Source of the DNA: Dendrobates tinctorius
Taxonomy: Eukaryota
NCBI RefSeq assembly: GCF_039654945.1
Contig: NW_027361751.1
Span: 8,184,001-8,248,000, forward strand
Direction: 5' to 3'
DNA: 64,000 nucleotides
The notes under the pieces are model-generated. The model saw nothing but the letters and a program-made list of their open reading frames with translations. It was not told the origin of the DNA and made no database searches. Of the stretch, positions 37,660-49,004 are shown piece after piece. Positions within the stretch are counted from its first letter, which is position 1. Each line of letters opens with the position of its first letter. A program made the position numbers and the translations under genes.

Positions 37660-40068
37660 CTGGGCACCCCGTACCGAGGACGGTCTGAGGCACCCCGTAC
37701 CGAGGACGGTCTGAGGCACCCCGTACCGAGGACGGTCTGGGACGCTTCGTACGGAGGACGGTCTGGATACAGAGGACAGTCTGGGGCACTTGACGGTCTG
37801 AGGCACTACGTACGGAGGATGGTTTGAGGCACTAACGGAAGACGGTCTAGGGCGCTCCATACAGAGGACAGTCTGAGGCACTATGTACGGAGGAAGGTCT
37901 GGGGCACGCCATACGGAGAACGGTCTGAAGCACTATGTACGGAGGATGGTCTGGGGCGCTTCGTACGGAGGACGGTCTGAGGCACCCCGTACGGAGGACG
38001 GTCTGAGGCACTCCGTACGGAGGACGGTCTGAGGCACTATGTACGGAGGACGGTCTGGGGCGCTTCGTATGGAGGACGGTCTGGGGCGCTCGACGGTCTG
38101 AGGCACTCCATACAGAGGACGATCTGGGGCGCTCCATACAGAGGATGGTCTGAGGCACTACGTACAGAGGATGGTTTGAGGCACTAACGGAAGACGGTCT
38201 GGCGTGCTCCATATAGAGGACAGTGAAAAATGAGGATGAATGAACTCATGGAGATCAACATCCAACACTGCCGAGACACCATCACATGTTTCTCAACGCA
38301 GTGATTCTAGAGCACTGCCCCCATCCCTTATGGGAATTATGCAAAAACATGCAAAACACAAGCCGCGGAGACACCATCACATGTTTCTCAACGCAAGCAA
38401 TGACTAGCCAGGTCTTTCCCCGGGAAGGAACAACCACGGGAAGGGCAGTCTCCAATGAAGGAAACCACCTATGCCAAAACATAGGCACTCCATACAGAGG
38501 ACGGTCTGAGGCACTACATACGAAGGACAGTTTGAGGCACTACTTACGGAGGACGGTCTGGGGTGCTCCATACAGAGGACAGCCTGAGGCACTATGTACG
38601 AAGGACGGTCTGGGGCGCTCCATACAGAGGACAGCCTGAGGCACTATGTACGGAGGACGGTCTGGGGCGCTCCATACAGAGGACGTTCTAAGGCACTATG
38701 TACGGAGGACAGTTTGAGGCACTACTTACGGAGGACGGTCTGGGGTGCTCCATACAGAGGACAGCCTGAGGCACTATGTACGAAGGACGGTCTGGGGTGC
38801 TCCATACAGAGGACAGCCTGAGGCACTATGTACGAAGGACGGTCTGGGGCGCTCCATACAGAGGACAGCCTGAGGCACTATGTATGGAGGACGGTCTGGG
38901 GCGCTCCATACAGAGGACGTTCTAAGGCACTATGTACGGAGGACAGTTTCAGGCACTACTTACGGAGGACGGTCTGGTGCGCTCCATACAGAGAACGGTC
39001 TGAGGCACTACATATGGAGGATGGTTTGAGGCACTACTTACGGAGGATGGTCTGGTGCGCTCCATAAAGAGAACGGTCTGAGGCACTACATATGGAGGAT
39101 GGTTTGAGGCACTACTTACGGAGGATGGTCTGGGGTGCTCCATACAGAGGACGTTCTGAGGCACTATGTACAGAGGACGGTCTGAGGCACTATGTACGAT
39201 GGATGGTTTCAGGCACTACTTACGGAGGACGGTTTGGGGCGCTCCATACAGAGAACGGTCTGAGTCACTACATATGGAGGACGGTCTGGGGCACTACATA
39301 CGGAGGATGGACTGGGACGCTCTGTACGTAGTGCCCCAGACCGTCCTCAGTATGGAGTGACCCAGACCGTCCTCCGTACATATTGCCTCAGACCGTCCTC
39401 CATACATAGTGCATCAGACTATCCATACATAGTGCCTCAGACCGTCCACTGTACGGAGGACGGTCTGAGGCAGTCTGTACGAAGGACATCTGAGTCATTC
39501 CGTACGGAGGATGGTCTGGGGCACTCCATACAGAGGACAGTCTGAGGCACTATGTATGGAGGATAGTCTGATGCACTCCTTACAGAAAGGACGGTCTTTG
39601 GCAATATGTACAGAGGACGGTCTGAGGCACTCCATACAGAGGACGGTCTGAGGCACTCCATACAGAAAGGACGGTCTGAGGCACTCCATACAGAAAGGAC
39701 GGTCTTTGGCACTATGTATGGAGGACGGTCTGAGGCACTATGTATGGAGGACGGTCTGAGGCACTATGTATGGAGGACGGTCTGAGGCACTATGTATGGA
39801 GGACGGTCTGAGGCACTATGTATGGAGGACGGTCTGAGGCACTATGTATGGAGGACGGTCTGAGGCACTATGTATGGAGGACGGTCTGAGGCACTATGTA
39901 TGGAGGACGGTCTGAGGCACTATGTATGGAGGACGGTCTGAGGCACTATATATGGAGGACGGTCTGAGGCACTATGTATGGAGGACGGTCTGAGGCACTA
40001 TGTATGGAGGACGGTCTGAGGCACTATGTATGGAGGACGGTCTGAGGCGCTCCGCACCAAGGACGGTT
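37660..40068. repeat. ~2.4-kb minisatellite of 23-27-bp units (GGAGGACGGTCTGAGGCACTATGTAT)
   Basis: Near-perfect 26-bp units 39710-40046, variant units elsewhere; foreign insert 38224-38482 and inverted block ~39325-39449. Confidence 0.95.
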
Positions 40069-40153
40069 TCTATACGTGGACAGAACACACAGCGTTTGCT
40101 AACATATTACATATCTTTATTTTTAGCTGGATACAATCATATCACCATTGTCT

Positions 40154-40813
40154 CTAGGACAGCGGGGGGCACTGGGGGCTGAGGAAGTTCCTGGGCTGGA
40201 TCATGCCGCCTTGCTTGCCCGCCTCGGCCTGCAGGGCGCTGAGCACTTCACTGATGGTGCTGTCCGCTATGTCTCCATCGATTTGGGCCAGGTAGCTGTA
40301 GAGAAATACAAATGTCTGCTGTGGGATGCGGGCGGCGCCCCCCTCGGGATCCTCGGTCAGTATCTCGCAGGCGTACTTCAGGGCGGTGGTGATGCTGCCC
40401 CCCAGGGCGCTGCAGGCGAGAGCCAGGAACTTCATCCACTCCACCTGTGTGCCAGGCGGGTCCAGCTCCAGGAGGCCGAGCAGCTGCGCCTGCGGTAAGC
40501 ACACGGCCCGCCACCTCTGCTCCAGCTCCTCCACCGGCACCAGCACCCGGCCGGACAGCTGTCTGTGCAGCACCCGCAGCAGCCCCGGGCTCAGGCCGCT
40601 GTCATTCCTCTGCGTGGCCACCGGCAGCTCCACCCGATCCGTCACCGGCAGCGGCTCCCCCCTGGACAGGCTGTGGAAGTACGCCGCCGACCACTGCAGC
40701 ACGTCGTGAGGCTGCGTCCGGATCGCCGCCTTGGTGAACTGCTTCAGCAGGTCCGGGAGCTCGGGCGGGATGTGGATCTGCTGAGCGCAGAACATGGGCT
40801 CCGGGAGGGGCAT
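40154..40813 (-). CDS. ROPN1L: Ropporin-1-like protein (RIIa dimerisation/docking domain), intronless, nested in FAM169A last intron
   Basis: GCCGCCATG start; MPLPEPMFCAQQIHIPPELPDLLKQFTKAAIRTQPHDVLQWSAAYF...; 219 aa uninterrupted; AATAAA at 40116-40121. Confidence 0.92.
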   Translation of the reverse strand: MPLPEPMFCAQQIHIPPELPDLLKQFTKAAIRTQPHDVLQWSAAYFHSLSRGEPLPVTDRVELPVATQRNDSGLSPGLLRVLHRQLSGRVLVPVEELEQRWRAVCLPQAQLLGLLELDPPGTQVEWMKFLALACSALGGSITTALKYACEILTEDPEGGAARIPQQTFVFLYSYLAQIDGDIADSTISEVLSALQAEAGKQGGMIQPRNFLSPQCPPLS

Positions 40814-40891
40814 GGCGGCAGGTAGCGGGGACACCGAGAGACACGGAGCACCGGCACAGCCAGCAATGGCGGGCAGGGACTGTAGCGTCCC

Positions 40892-40904
40892 GTTACCAGG
40901 CAAC
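40892..40904. promoter_or_regulatory. RFX X-box upstream of ROPN1L
   Basis: GTTACCAGGCAAC, 79 bp upstream of the ATG; second degenerate site CTGCCAAGGCAGC adjacent. Confidence 0.75.
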
Positions 40905-41139
40905 AACTGCCAAGGCAGCGAGGATACGTTACTGCGTCGGGTCACGTAGTCGCTTTAGCGGCACCACCTGGTGCATAGCGGAACTGCAGCTAATTACACA
41001 GAAAATCGCGTGACTAGGAGAGGCTATAAAACAACGTGTAGGCTGTATACAGGTCACTGCACTGTATACCCGACACACAGGAACATGCCTGTTATACACA
41101 CACACATATACCTCTGTTATATACAGATAAACATTCCTA

Positions 41140-41367
41140 TGTATGGCAGGGGGGAACAACGTAAAGATCATGGTTGACAGATGCAGCCTCAAGGCTGATA
41201 AGAAATGGTTGTGGGGTTCGGATCAGGGTGTGAATGATGTAGTATGGCTGTCTACCAGAAATATTAAACTGAATATTCCTTCCTGGAAATTAGATCCTAG
41301 GTTCATTGGTCCTTACAAGGCGATCGCCATAATTAACCCTGTGGCCTTTTGTTCTGAGCTTCTTCTA
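41140..41367 (+). mobile_element. Gypsy (chromovirus) integrase C-terminal remnant, first part
   Basis: VWLSTRNIKL..PSWKLDPRFIGPY..INPVAF (GPY/F motif); continues at ~49005. Confidence 0.8.
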
Positions 41368-42299
41368 AGGGTTCATGTACACATTCAGTATTTTACCTCA
41401 GTATCTGTAAGCCAAAAGCAGGAGAGGAACAATCAGGAAAAGTATAAGGGCTCATACTCACTTGAGAGAGACTCACTCACTTGCGAGAGACTTGCATGAA
41501 AACCTGGCACTGCCGCCGGCACACGGACCGGCTGCATAGAAATGCATGTAGCCTCACGCTCCGGTCCGAGTGCCGGCGGCAGTGCCAGGTTTTCATGCAA
41601 GTCTCTCGCAAGTGAGTGAGTCTCTCTCAAGTGAGTATGAGCCCTTATACTTTTCCTCTGACTGTTCCACTCCTGCTTTTGGCTTACAGATACTGAGGTA
41701 AAAAAAACTCACCAAAAACTCAATGTGTGCACATGGCCTTAGGCTGGAGTCACACTAAACGTATGAAAAATCGGTCCGAGTCTCCCTGCCGAGAGTCACA
41801 CGAGTGTCATGCGAGTACAATGCGATTTTTCACACCTAGCATCAGATTAACATCCGAATACAGTGTGATTGCTATCCGACTGCAATGTAATTTTAACATG
41901 AGCTTTTACATAGATCAATTCTCTATGTGATTTACACGTCATTTTCAAAGGAAATATTTGTCAAAATACACTCACACACACAATAGAATAAAAGCCGGCA
42001 ATTCATGTGCCACATACAGTAAAATCACAGTGACAGGTTAGAATAGAATAGATATATACACACAGATATATAGATGTCAGTGACACACACATGTATAATC
42101 ACAGCAGGAGCCGACTGGATACAAGAGATTGATTACATACAGTAAATACAAATAAAATAGGTATATAGATAGTCTGTGACAAACACAATTACTGCAGTGT
42201 GTGCAGCTTACTGTACATGTATTTAATCCCTTAACGATCGCTGATACGCCTTGTAACGGTGGCAGTTAAGGGTACTTAACCCTCAGCACCGCTTTTTAA

Positions 42300-45200
42300 C
42301 CCCTTACCTACAATTGACGTAATATTCCGTCCATGTGACCATGGACCTAATTACCATGGACGGAATATTACGTCATCGCGATCAGCGGCGCCCACGTGGT
42401 GAGCGCCGCTGATCGCGGCCGAGTGTCAGCTAATTATCATAGCTGACACCCGGCACAATGTGTCAGGGGCGGTCACGGACCGCCCCCGACACGTTAACCC
42501 CTTGCACACCGCGATCAAACGCGATCGCGGTGTACCGGGGGTTAAAGGGAAGCATCGGCAGGGAGGGGGCTCCCTCCGTGCTTCCCTGAGCCCCCCACGG
42601 CAGCGCAATGTGCAGCGCTGCTGCGGGGGGCTCTTTCCCTACAGGCCCCCGGATCCAAGATGGCGACGGGGGCCTGCAGGGAGCTGACTTCCTCACTGCC
42701 TGCAAAGCGCAGGCATGAGGAAGTCTGCAGCAGTGCCTGTGACAGATCGCTGATCTGTCACAGTGATCTGTGATGTGACAGATCAGCGATCTGTCACAGG
42801 ACAGTGATGTCCCACCTGGGACAAGGTAATAAAGTAAAAAAAAAAAAAAAAAAAAAAGTGTTAAAAATAATTAAAAAAAAATCGCTAAATAAATCAGTAA
42901 AAAAAAAAAAATATATTCCCCAATAAATCCATTTTTTCAAAATAAAAAAAACCAAAAACAATAAAAGTACACATATTTGGTATCGCCGCGTCCGTAATGA
43001 CCTGCCCTATAAAACTGTCCCATTAGTTAACCCCTTTAGCGAACCCCTTAAAAAATAAAAATAAAAAACGAAGCAAAAAATAATGATTTATTATCATACC
43101 ACCGAACAAAAAGTGCAATAACGCGCGATCAAAAAGACGCATATAAATATGCATGGTACCGCTGAAAACATCATCTTGTCCCGCAAAAAACGATCCACCA
43201 TACAGCATCATCCGCAAAAAAATAAAAAAGTTATAGCTCGCAGAATAAAGCGATACAAAAATAATTATTTTTTATATAAAATAGTTTTCATTGCAAAAAA
43301 CCGACAAAACATAAAAAAAGACCTAAATGAGGTATCGCTGTAACCGTACTGACCCGAAGAATAAAAACGCGTTATCAATTTTACCGCACGCGGAATGGTG
43401 TAAACGCACCCCCCAAAAGAAATTCATGAAACGCTGGTTTTTGTTCATTCTGCGTCCCAAAAATCGGAATAAAAAGCGATCAAAAAATGTCACGTGCCCG
43501 AAAATGGTACCAATAAAAACGTCAACTCGTCCCGCAAAAAATAAGACCTCACATGACTCGGTGGGTCAAAATACGGAAAAATTATAGCTCACAATATGTG
43601 GTGATGCAAAAACTATTTTTACAATAAAAAGCGTCTTTTAGCGTGCGACAGCCGCCAAACATAAAAACCGCCATAAATCGTAAATCAAACCCCCCGTTAT
43701 CACCCCCTTAGTTAGGGAAAAATAATAAAACTAAAAGAAAATGTATTTATTTCCATTTTCCCGCTAGGGTTAGGGCTAGGGTTAGGGCTAGGGCTCAGAT
43801 TAGGGTTAGGGGTGTGTTGAGGTTCGGGTTGGAGTTATAATTGGGGGTTTCCACTGTTTGGGCACATCAGGTGCTCTCCAAAGGCAACATGGCGTCTGAT
43901 CTCAATTCCAGCCAATTCTGCGTTGAAAAAGTCAAATGGTGCTCCTTCCCTTCCAAGCTCTGCCATGTGCCCAAACAGTGTTTTACCCCCACATGTAGGG
44001 TATCAGCCTACTCAGGACAAATTACAAAACAACTTTTGGGGTCCAATTTCTCCTGTTACCCTTAGGAAAATAAAAAATTGGGGGCAAAAATATAATTTTG
44101 CGGAAAAAAATGTTTTTTTTATTTTCACGCCCAGGCGTTATAAACTTCTGTGAAGCACTTGGGGGTTCAAAGTGCTCTCCACACATCTAGATAAGCTCCG
44201 TGGGGGGTCTAGTTTCCAAAATGGGGTCACTTGTGGGGAGTTTCAATAGTTTAGGTACATCAGGGGCTCTCCAAACGCACATGACACCCGCAGACCAATC
44301 CATGAAAGTCTGCATTCCAAAACGTCACTACTTCCCTTCCGAGCCCCGACGTGTGCCCATACAGTAGTTTTCTCCCACATATGAGGTATCAGCGTACTCA
44401 GGACAAATTGGACAACAACTTTTGGGGTCCAATTTCTCCTGTTACCCTTGGGAAAATAAAAAAAATGGGGACTAAAAGATGATGTTTGTTGAAAAAATAC
44501 GATATTTTTATTTTCACGCCCGGTCGTTATAAACTTCTGTGAAGCACTGGGGGGTTCAAAGTGCTCACCACACATCTAGATAAGTTCATTAGGGGGTCTA
44601 GTTTCCAAAATGGGGTCACTTGTGGGGGGTTTCCACTGTTTAGGTACATCAGGGGCTCTCCAAACGCAACATGACACCCGCAGACCATTCCATCAAAGTC
44701 TGCATTCCAAAACGTCACTACTTCCCTTCCGAGCCCCGACGTGTGCCCATACAGTAGTTTTCTCCCACATATGAGGTATCAGCGTACTCAGGACAAATTG
44801 GACAACAACTTTTGGGGTCCAATTTCTCCTGTTACCCTTGGGAAAATAAAAAAATGGGGACTAAAAGATCATGTTTGTGGAAAAAATACGATTTTTTTAT
44901 TTTCACGCACGGACGTTATAAACTTCTGTGAAGCACTGGGGGGGTTCAAAGTGCTCACCACACATCTAGATAAGTTCATTAGGGGGTCTAGTTTCCAAAA
45001 TGGGGTCACTTGTGGGGGGTTTCCACTGTTTAGGTACATCAGGGGCTCTCCAAACGCAACATGACACCCGCAGACCATTCCATCAAAGTCTGCATTCCAA
45101 AACGTCACTACTTCCCTTCCGAGCCCCGACGTGTGCCCATACAGTAGTTTTCTCCCACATATGAGGTATCAGCGTACTCAGGACAAATTGGACAACAACT

Positions 45201-47805
45201 TTTGGGGTCCAATTTCTCCTGTTACCCTTAGGAAAATAAAAAAATGGGGACTAAAAGATCATGTTTGTGGAAAAAATACGATTTTTTTATTTTCACGCAC
45301 GGACGTTATAAACTTCTGTGAAGCACTGGGGGGGGTTCAAAGTGCTCACCACACATCTAGATAAGTTCATTAGGGGGTCTAGTTTCCAAAATGGGGTCAC
45401 TTGTGGGGGGTTTCCACTGTTTAGGTACATCAGGGGCTCTCCAAACGCAACATGACACCCGCAGACCATTCCATCAAAGTCTGCATTCCAAAACGTCACT
45501 ACTTCCCTTCCGAGCCCCGACGTGTGCCCATACAGTAGTTTTCTCCCACATATGAGGTATCAGCGTACTCAGGACAAATTGGACAACAACTTTTGGGGTC
45601 CAATTTCTCCTGTTACCCTTGGGAAAATAAAAAAATGGGGACTAAAAGATCATGTTTGTGGAAAAAATACGATTTTTTTATTTTCACGCCCGGACGTTAT
45701 AAACTTCAGTGAAGCACTGGGGGGTTCAAAGTGCTCACCACACATCTAGATAAGTTCCTTGGGGGGTCTAGTTTCCAAAATGGTGTCATTTGTGGGGGGT
45801 TTCTACTGTTTTGGTACATCAGGGGCTCTCCAAACGCAACATGACACCCGCAGACCATTCCATCAAAGTCTGCATTCCAAAACGTCACTACTTCCCTTCC
45901 GAGCCCCGACGTGTGCCCATACAGTAGTTTTCTCCCACATATGAGGTATCAGCGTACTCAGGACAAATTGGACAACAACTTTTGGGGTCCAATTTCTCCT
46001 GTTACCCTTGGGAAAATAAAAAAATGGGGACTAAAAGATCATGTTTGTGGAAAAAATACGATTTTTTTATTTTCACGCCCGGACGTTATAAACTTCAGTG
46101 AAGCACTGGGGGGTTCAAAGTGCTCACCACACATCTAGATAAGTTCCTTGGGGGGTCTAGTTTCCAAAATGGTGTCATTTGTGGGGGGTTTCTACTGTTT
46201 TGGTACATCAGGGGCTTTCCTAACGCGACATGGTGTCCGATCTCAATTCCAGCCAAAAACGTCAAATGGCGCTGCTTCCCTTCCGAGCTCTGCCATACGC
46301 CCAAATAGTGGTTTACCCCCACATGTGGGGTATCAGCGTACTCAGGATAAATTGCACAATATCTTTTAGGGTCCTGTTACTTTTGGAAAAATAAGAATTG
46401 AGGGTGAAAAGATCATTTTTGTGGAAAAAATATGATTTTTTAATTGTACTGCTGTACGTTATAAACTTCTGTGAAGCCCTTGGGGGTTCAAAGTTCTCAC
46501 CACACATCTAGATAAGTTCCTTGGGGGGTATAGATTCCAAAATGGTGTCATTTGTGGGGGGTTTTCACTGTTTTGGTACATCAGGGGTTTTCCAATCGCG
46601 ACATGGTGTCCGATCTCAATTCTAGCCAAAAACGTCAAATGGCGCTGCTTCCCTTCCGAGCTCTGCTATGCGCCCAAATAGTCATTTACACCCACATATG
46701 GGGTATCAGCGTACTCAGGACAAATTGCACAATAACTTTTAGGGTCCTGTTACCCTTGGAAAAATAAAAATTGGGGGTGAAAAGATCATTTTTGTGGAAA
46801 AAATATGATTTTTTAATTGTACCGCTGTACGTTATAAACTTCTGTGAAGCCCTTGTGGGTTCAAAGTTCTCACCACATATTTAGATAAGTTCCTTGGGGG
46901 GTCTAGTTTCCAAAATGGGGTCACTTGGGGGGGTTTCCACTGTTTAGGTACATCAGGGGCTCGCCAAACGTGACATGGCGTCCGATCTGAATTCCAGCCA
47001 ATTTTGCATTGAAAAAGTCAAACGGCGCTCCTTCCATTCTGAGCTCTGCCATGCGCCGAAACAGTGGTTCCCCCCCACATATCAGGTATCAGCGTACTCA
47101 GGACAAATTGCACAATAAGTCTTGCAGTCCAATTTCTCCTGTTACCCTTGGTAAAATAAAGAAAATTGAACCTGAAGTATTTTTTTTGTGAAAAAAAGTT
47201 AAATGTTCATTTTTTTTTAATATTCAAAAAATTCCTGTGACGCACCTAAAGGGTTAATAAACTTCTTGAATGTGGTTTTAAGCACCTTAAGGGGTGCAGT
47301 TTTTAGAATGATGTCACTTTTGGGTATTTTCTATCATATAGACCCCTCAAAGTGGCTTCAAATGTGAAGTGGTCCCTAAAAATAAAATGGTGTTGCAAAA
47401 ATGAGAAATCGCTGGTCAATTTTTAACCCTTATAACTTCCTGACAAAAAAAAATTTTGGTTCCAAAACTGTGCTGATGTAAAGTAAACATGTGGGAAATG
47501 TTATGTATTAAGTTTTTTTTGTGTGCCGTATCGCTGTGATTTAAGGGCATAAAAATTCAAAGTTGGAAAATTGCGAAATTTTCAAAATTTTCACCAAATT
47601 TCCGTTTTTTTCACAAATAAACGCAAGTTATTTGAATGCAATTTTACCACTAACATGAAGTACAATATGTCACGAGAAAACAATGTCAGAATCACCGGGA
47701 TCCATGAAAGCGTTCCAGAGTTATGACCTCATAAAGGTACAGTGGTCAGAATTGTAAAAATTGGCCCGGTAGTTAACGTGCAAACCACCCTTGGTAGTGA
47801 AGGGG
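42300..47805. mobile_element. Non-autonomous piggyBac-type element (5.5 kb) nested in a related outer element (~42227-48865)
   Basis: TTAA|CCCCTTACCTAC...GTAGTGAAGGGG|TTAA; no transposase seen. Confidence 0.8.
43840..47150. repeat. ~390-bp tandem array, about 8.5 copies, inside the piggyBac-type element
   Basis: Same motif at 44351, 44741, 45131, 45522, 45911 (spacing 389-391). Confidence 0.95.
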
Positions 47806-47819
47806 TTAATGGCGCTGAG

Positions 47820-47919
47820 CAGGGCTGTGGAGTCGGTAAGCCAAACCTCCAACTCCTCAAATTCCATGACACCGACTCTGAGCGACTCCACCAAAATCGG
47901 CTCCGACTCCACAGCCCTG
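47820..47919. mobile_element. hAT-type mini-MITE (100 bp)
   Basis: CAGGGCTGTGGAGTCGG TIRs, 8-bp TSD GCGCTGAG/GCACTGAG. Confidence 0.75.
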
Positions 47920-49004
47920 GCACTGAGAAATAAGTCTATAACGCCCCCCATCATTGGAAATTCTCCAGGCTCTCAGCTCAGTTCTGAGATCCCAGAGAAC
48001 AAGGTTCGGATCGGTTTTTACCAACCTCAGTGTTGCAATCTCCATTATTAACGGCGACCGCAAAAAAAAGTCAGATTTCCAATTTAATTTCTCTCTTCTC
48101 TGATGTGATCACACATCAGAGAGAGAAATAGGGTCCCCTGATCCCCCCCCAGGTACCTCCTGTGTCACTGGATCCTCCTGCATCCCCCTGAAATGTCCCA
48201 TGGCCGGCGACATCTTCTTCCGGGAAGAAGATGGAGGTCTCATGCGCAGTGCGCCCACCGAGATCTGCTGGCCGGCACCCGACAACAATGGGAAATTTTT
48301 CCTATTGGTTCATTTTGAACACTGTGATAGACCCTATCACAGTGATCAAAATAAAAAAAAATAGTAAATCAAACCCCCATTTATCACCCCCTTAGTTAGG
48401 TAAAAATAATAAAATAAAAAGTATTTATTTCCATTTTTCCATTAGGGTTAGGGTTGGGGTTAGAGTTAGGATTGGGCTAAAGTTAAGGTTGAGCTGAAGT
48501 TAGGGTTGATAGAAAACCACCACAAATTAAACTACCCAGATACAAAAGTATAAAAATTAAAATAATTAAATCGTTCTTTAGGAACTCCCAAAAAAAATTA
48601 TTTCACCCCACTTTGTGGAAATTAAAGTTAGGCTTGGGCTAAAGTTAGGCTTGAACTAGGGTTAGGGCTGTAGTTATGGTTAGGGATGTGGTTAGGGTTA
48701 TGGTTAGGGTTATGGTTAGGGATGTGTTGGGGTTAGGGTTGGAGTTAGAATTGGGGGTGTTCCACTGTTTAGGTACATCAGGGGGACTCCAAACGCGACA
48801 TGGCGCCGCCATTGATTCCAGACAATTTTGTGTTCAAAAAGTCAAAAGGTGCTTCCTTCCCTTCCGATGTTACACGCACGCTGAATACGCCTGAGAAAAT
48901 AAACGTTGATGTGAACTGCCCCATAGATTAACACTGGGCCGACTGCTATGCGACGGTTTTTCGCATAGCACTCTCCCGTACTCTACGATAGTGTAACGCT
49001 GGCC

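Noticed and set aside
38400-38482. U1 snRNA or HDV-ribozyme identity for the insert
   Set aside because: Only ~11 nt (AGGTGGTTTCC) resemble U1, with no Sm site or 5' end; the HDV fold lacks the P1.1 GG and catalytic J4/2
37660-40068. CRISPR-like appearance of 26-bp repeats (also the 34-bp array at 58949)
   Set aside because: No unique spacers, no cas genes, spliced vertebrate gene context
40148-40844. Overlapping alternative-frame and antisense ORFs over ROPN1L
   Set aside because: Shadows of a very GC-rich CDS
40814-40945. 44-aa N-terminal extension of ROPN1L in the ORF track
   Set aside because: Non-ATG start, overlaps the X-box promoter; family homology and the Kozak ATG begin at 40813
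43841-47191. Repeated 60-107-aa ORFs
   Set aside because: Translations of the 390-bp non-coding tandem unit
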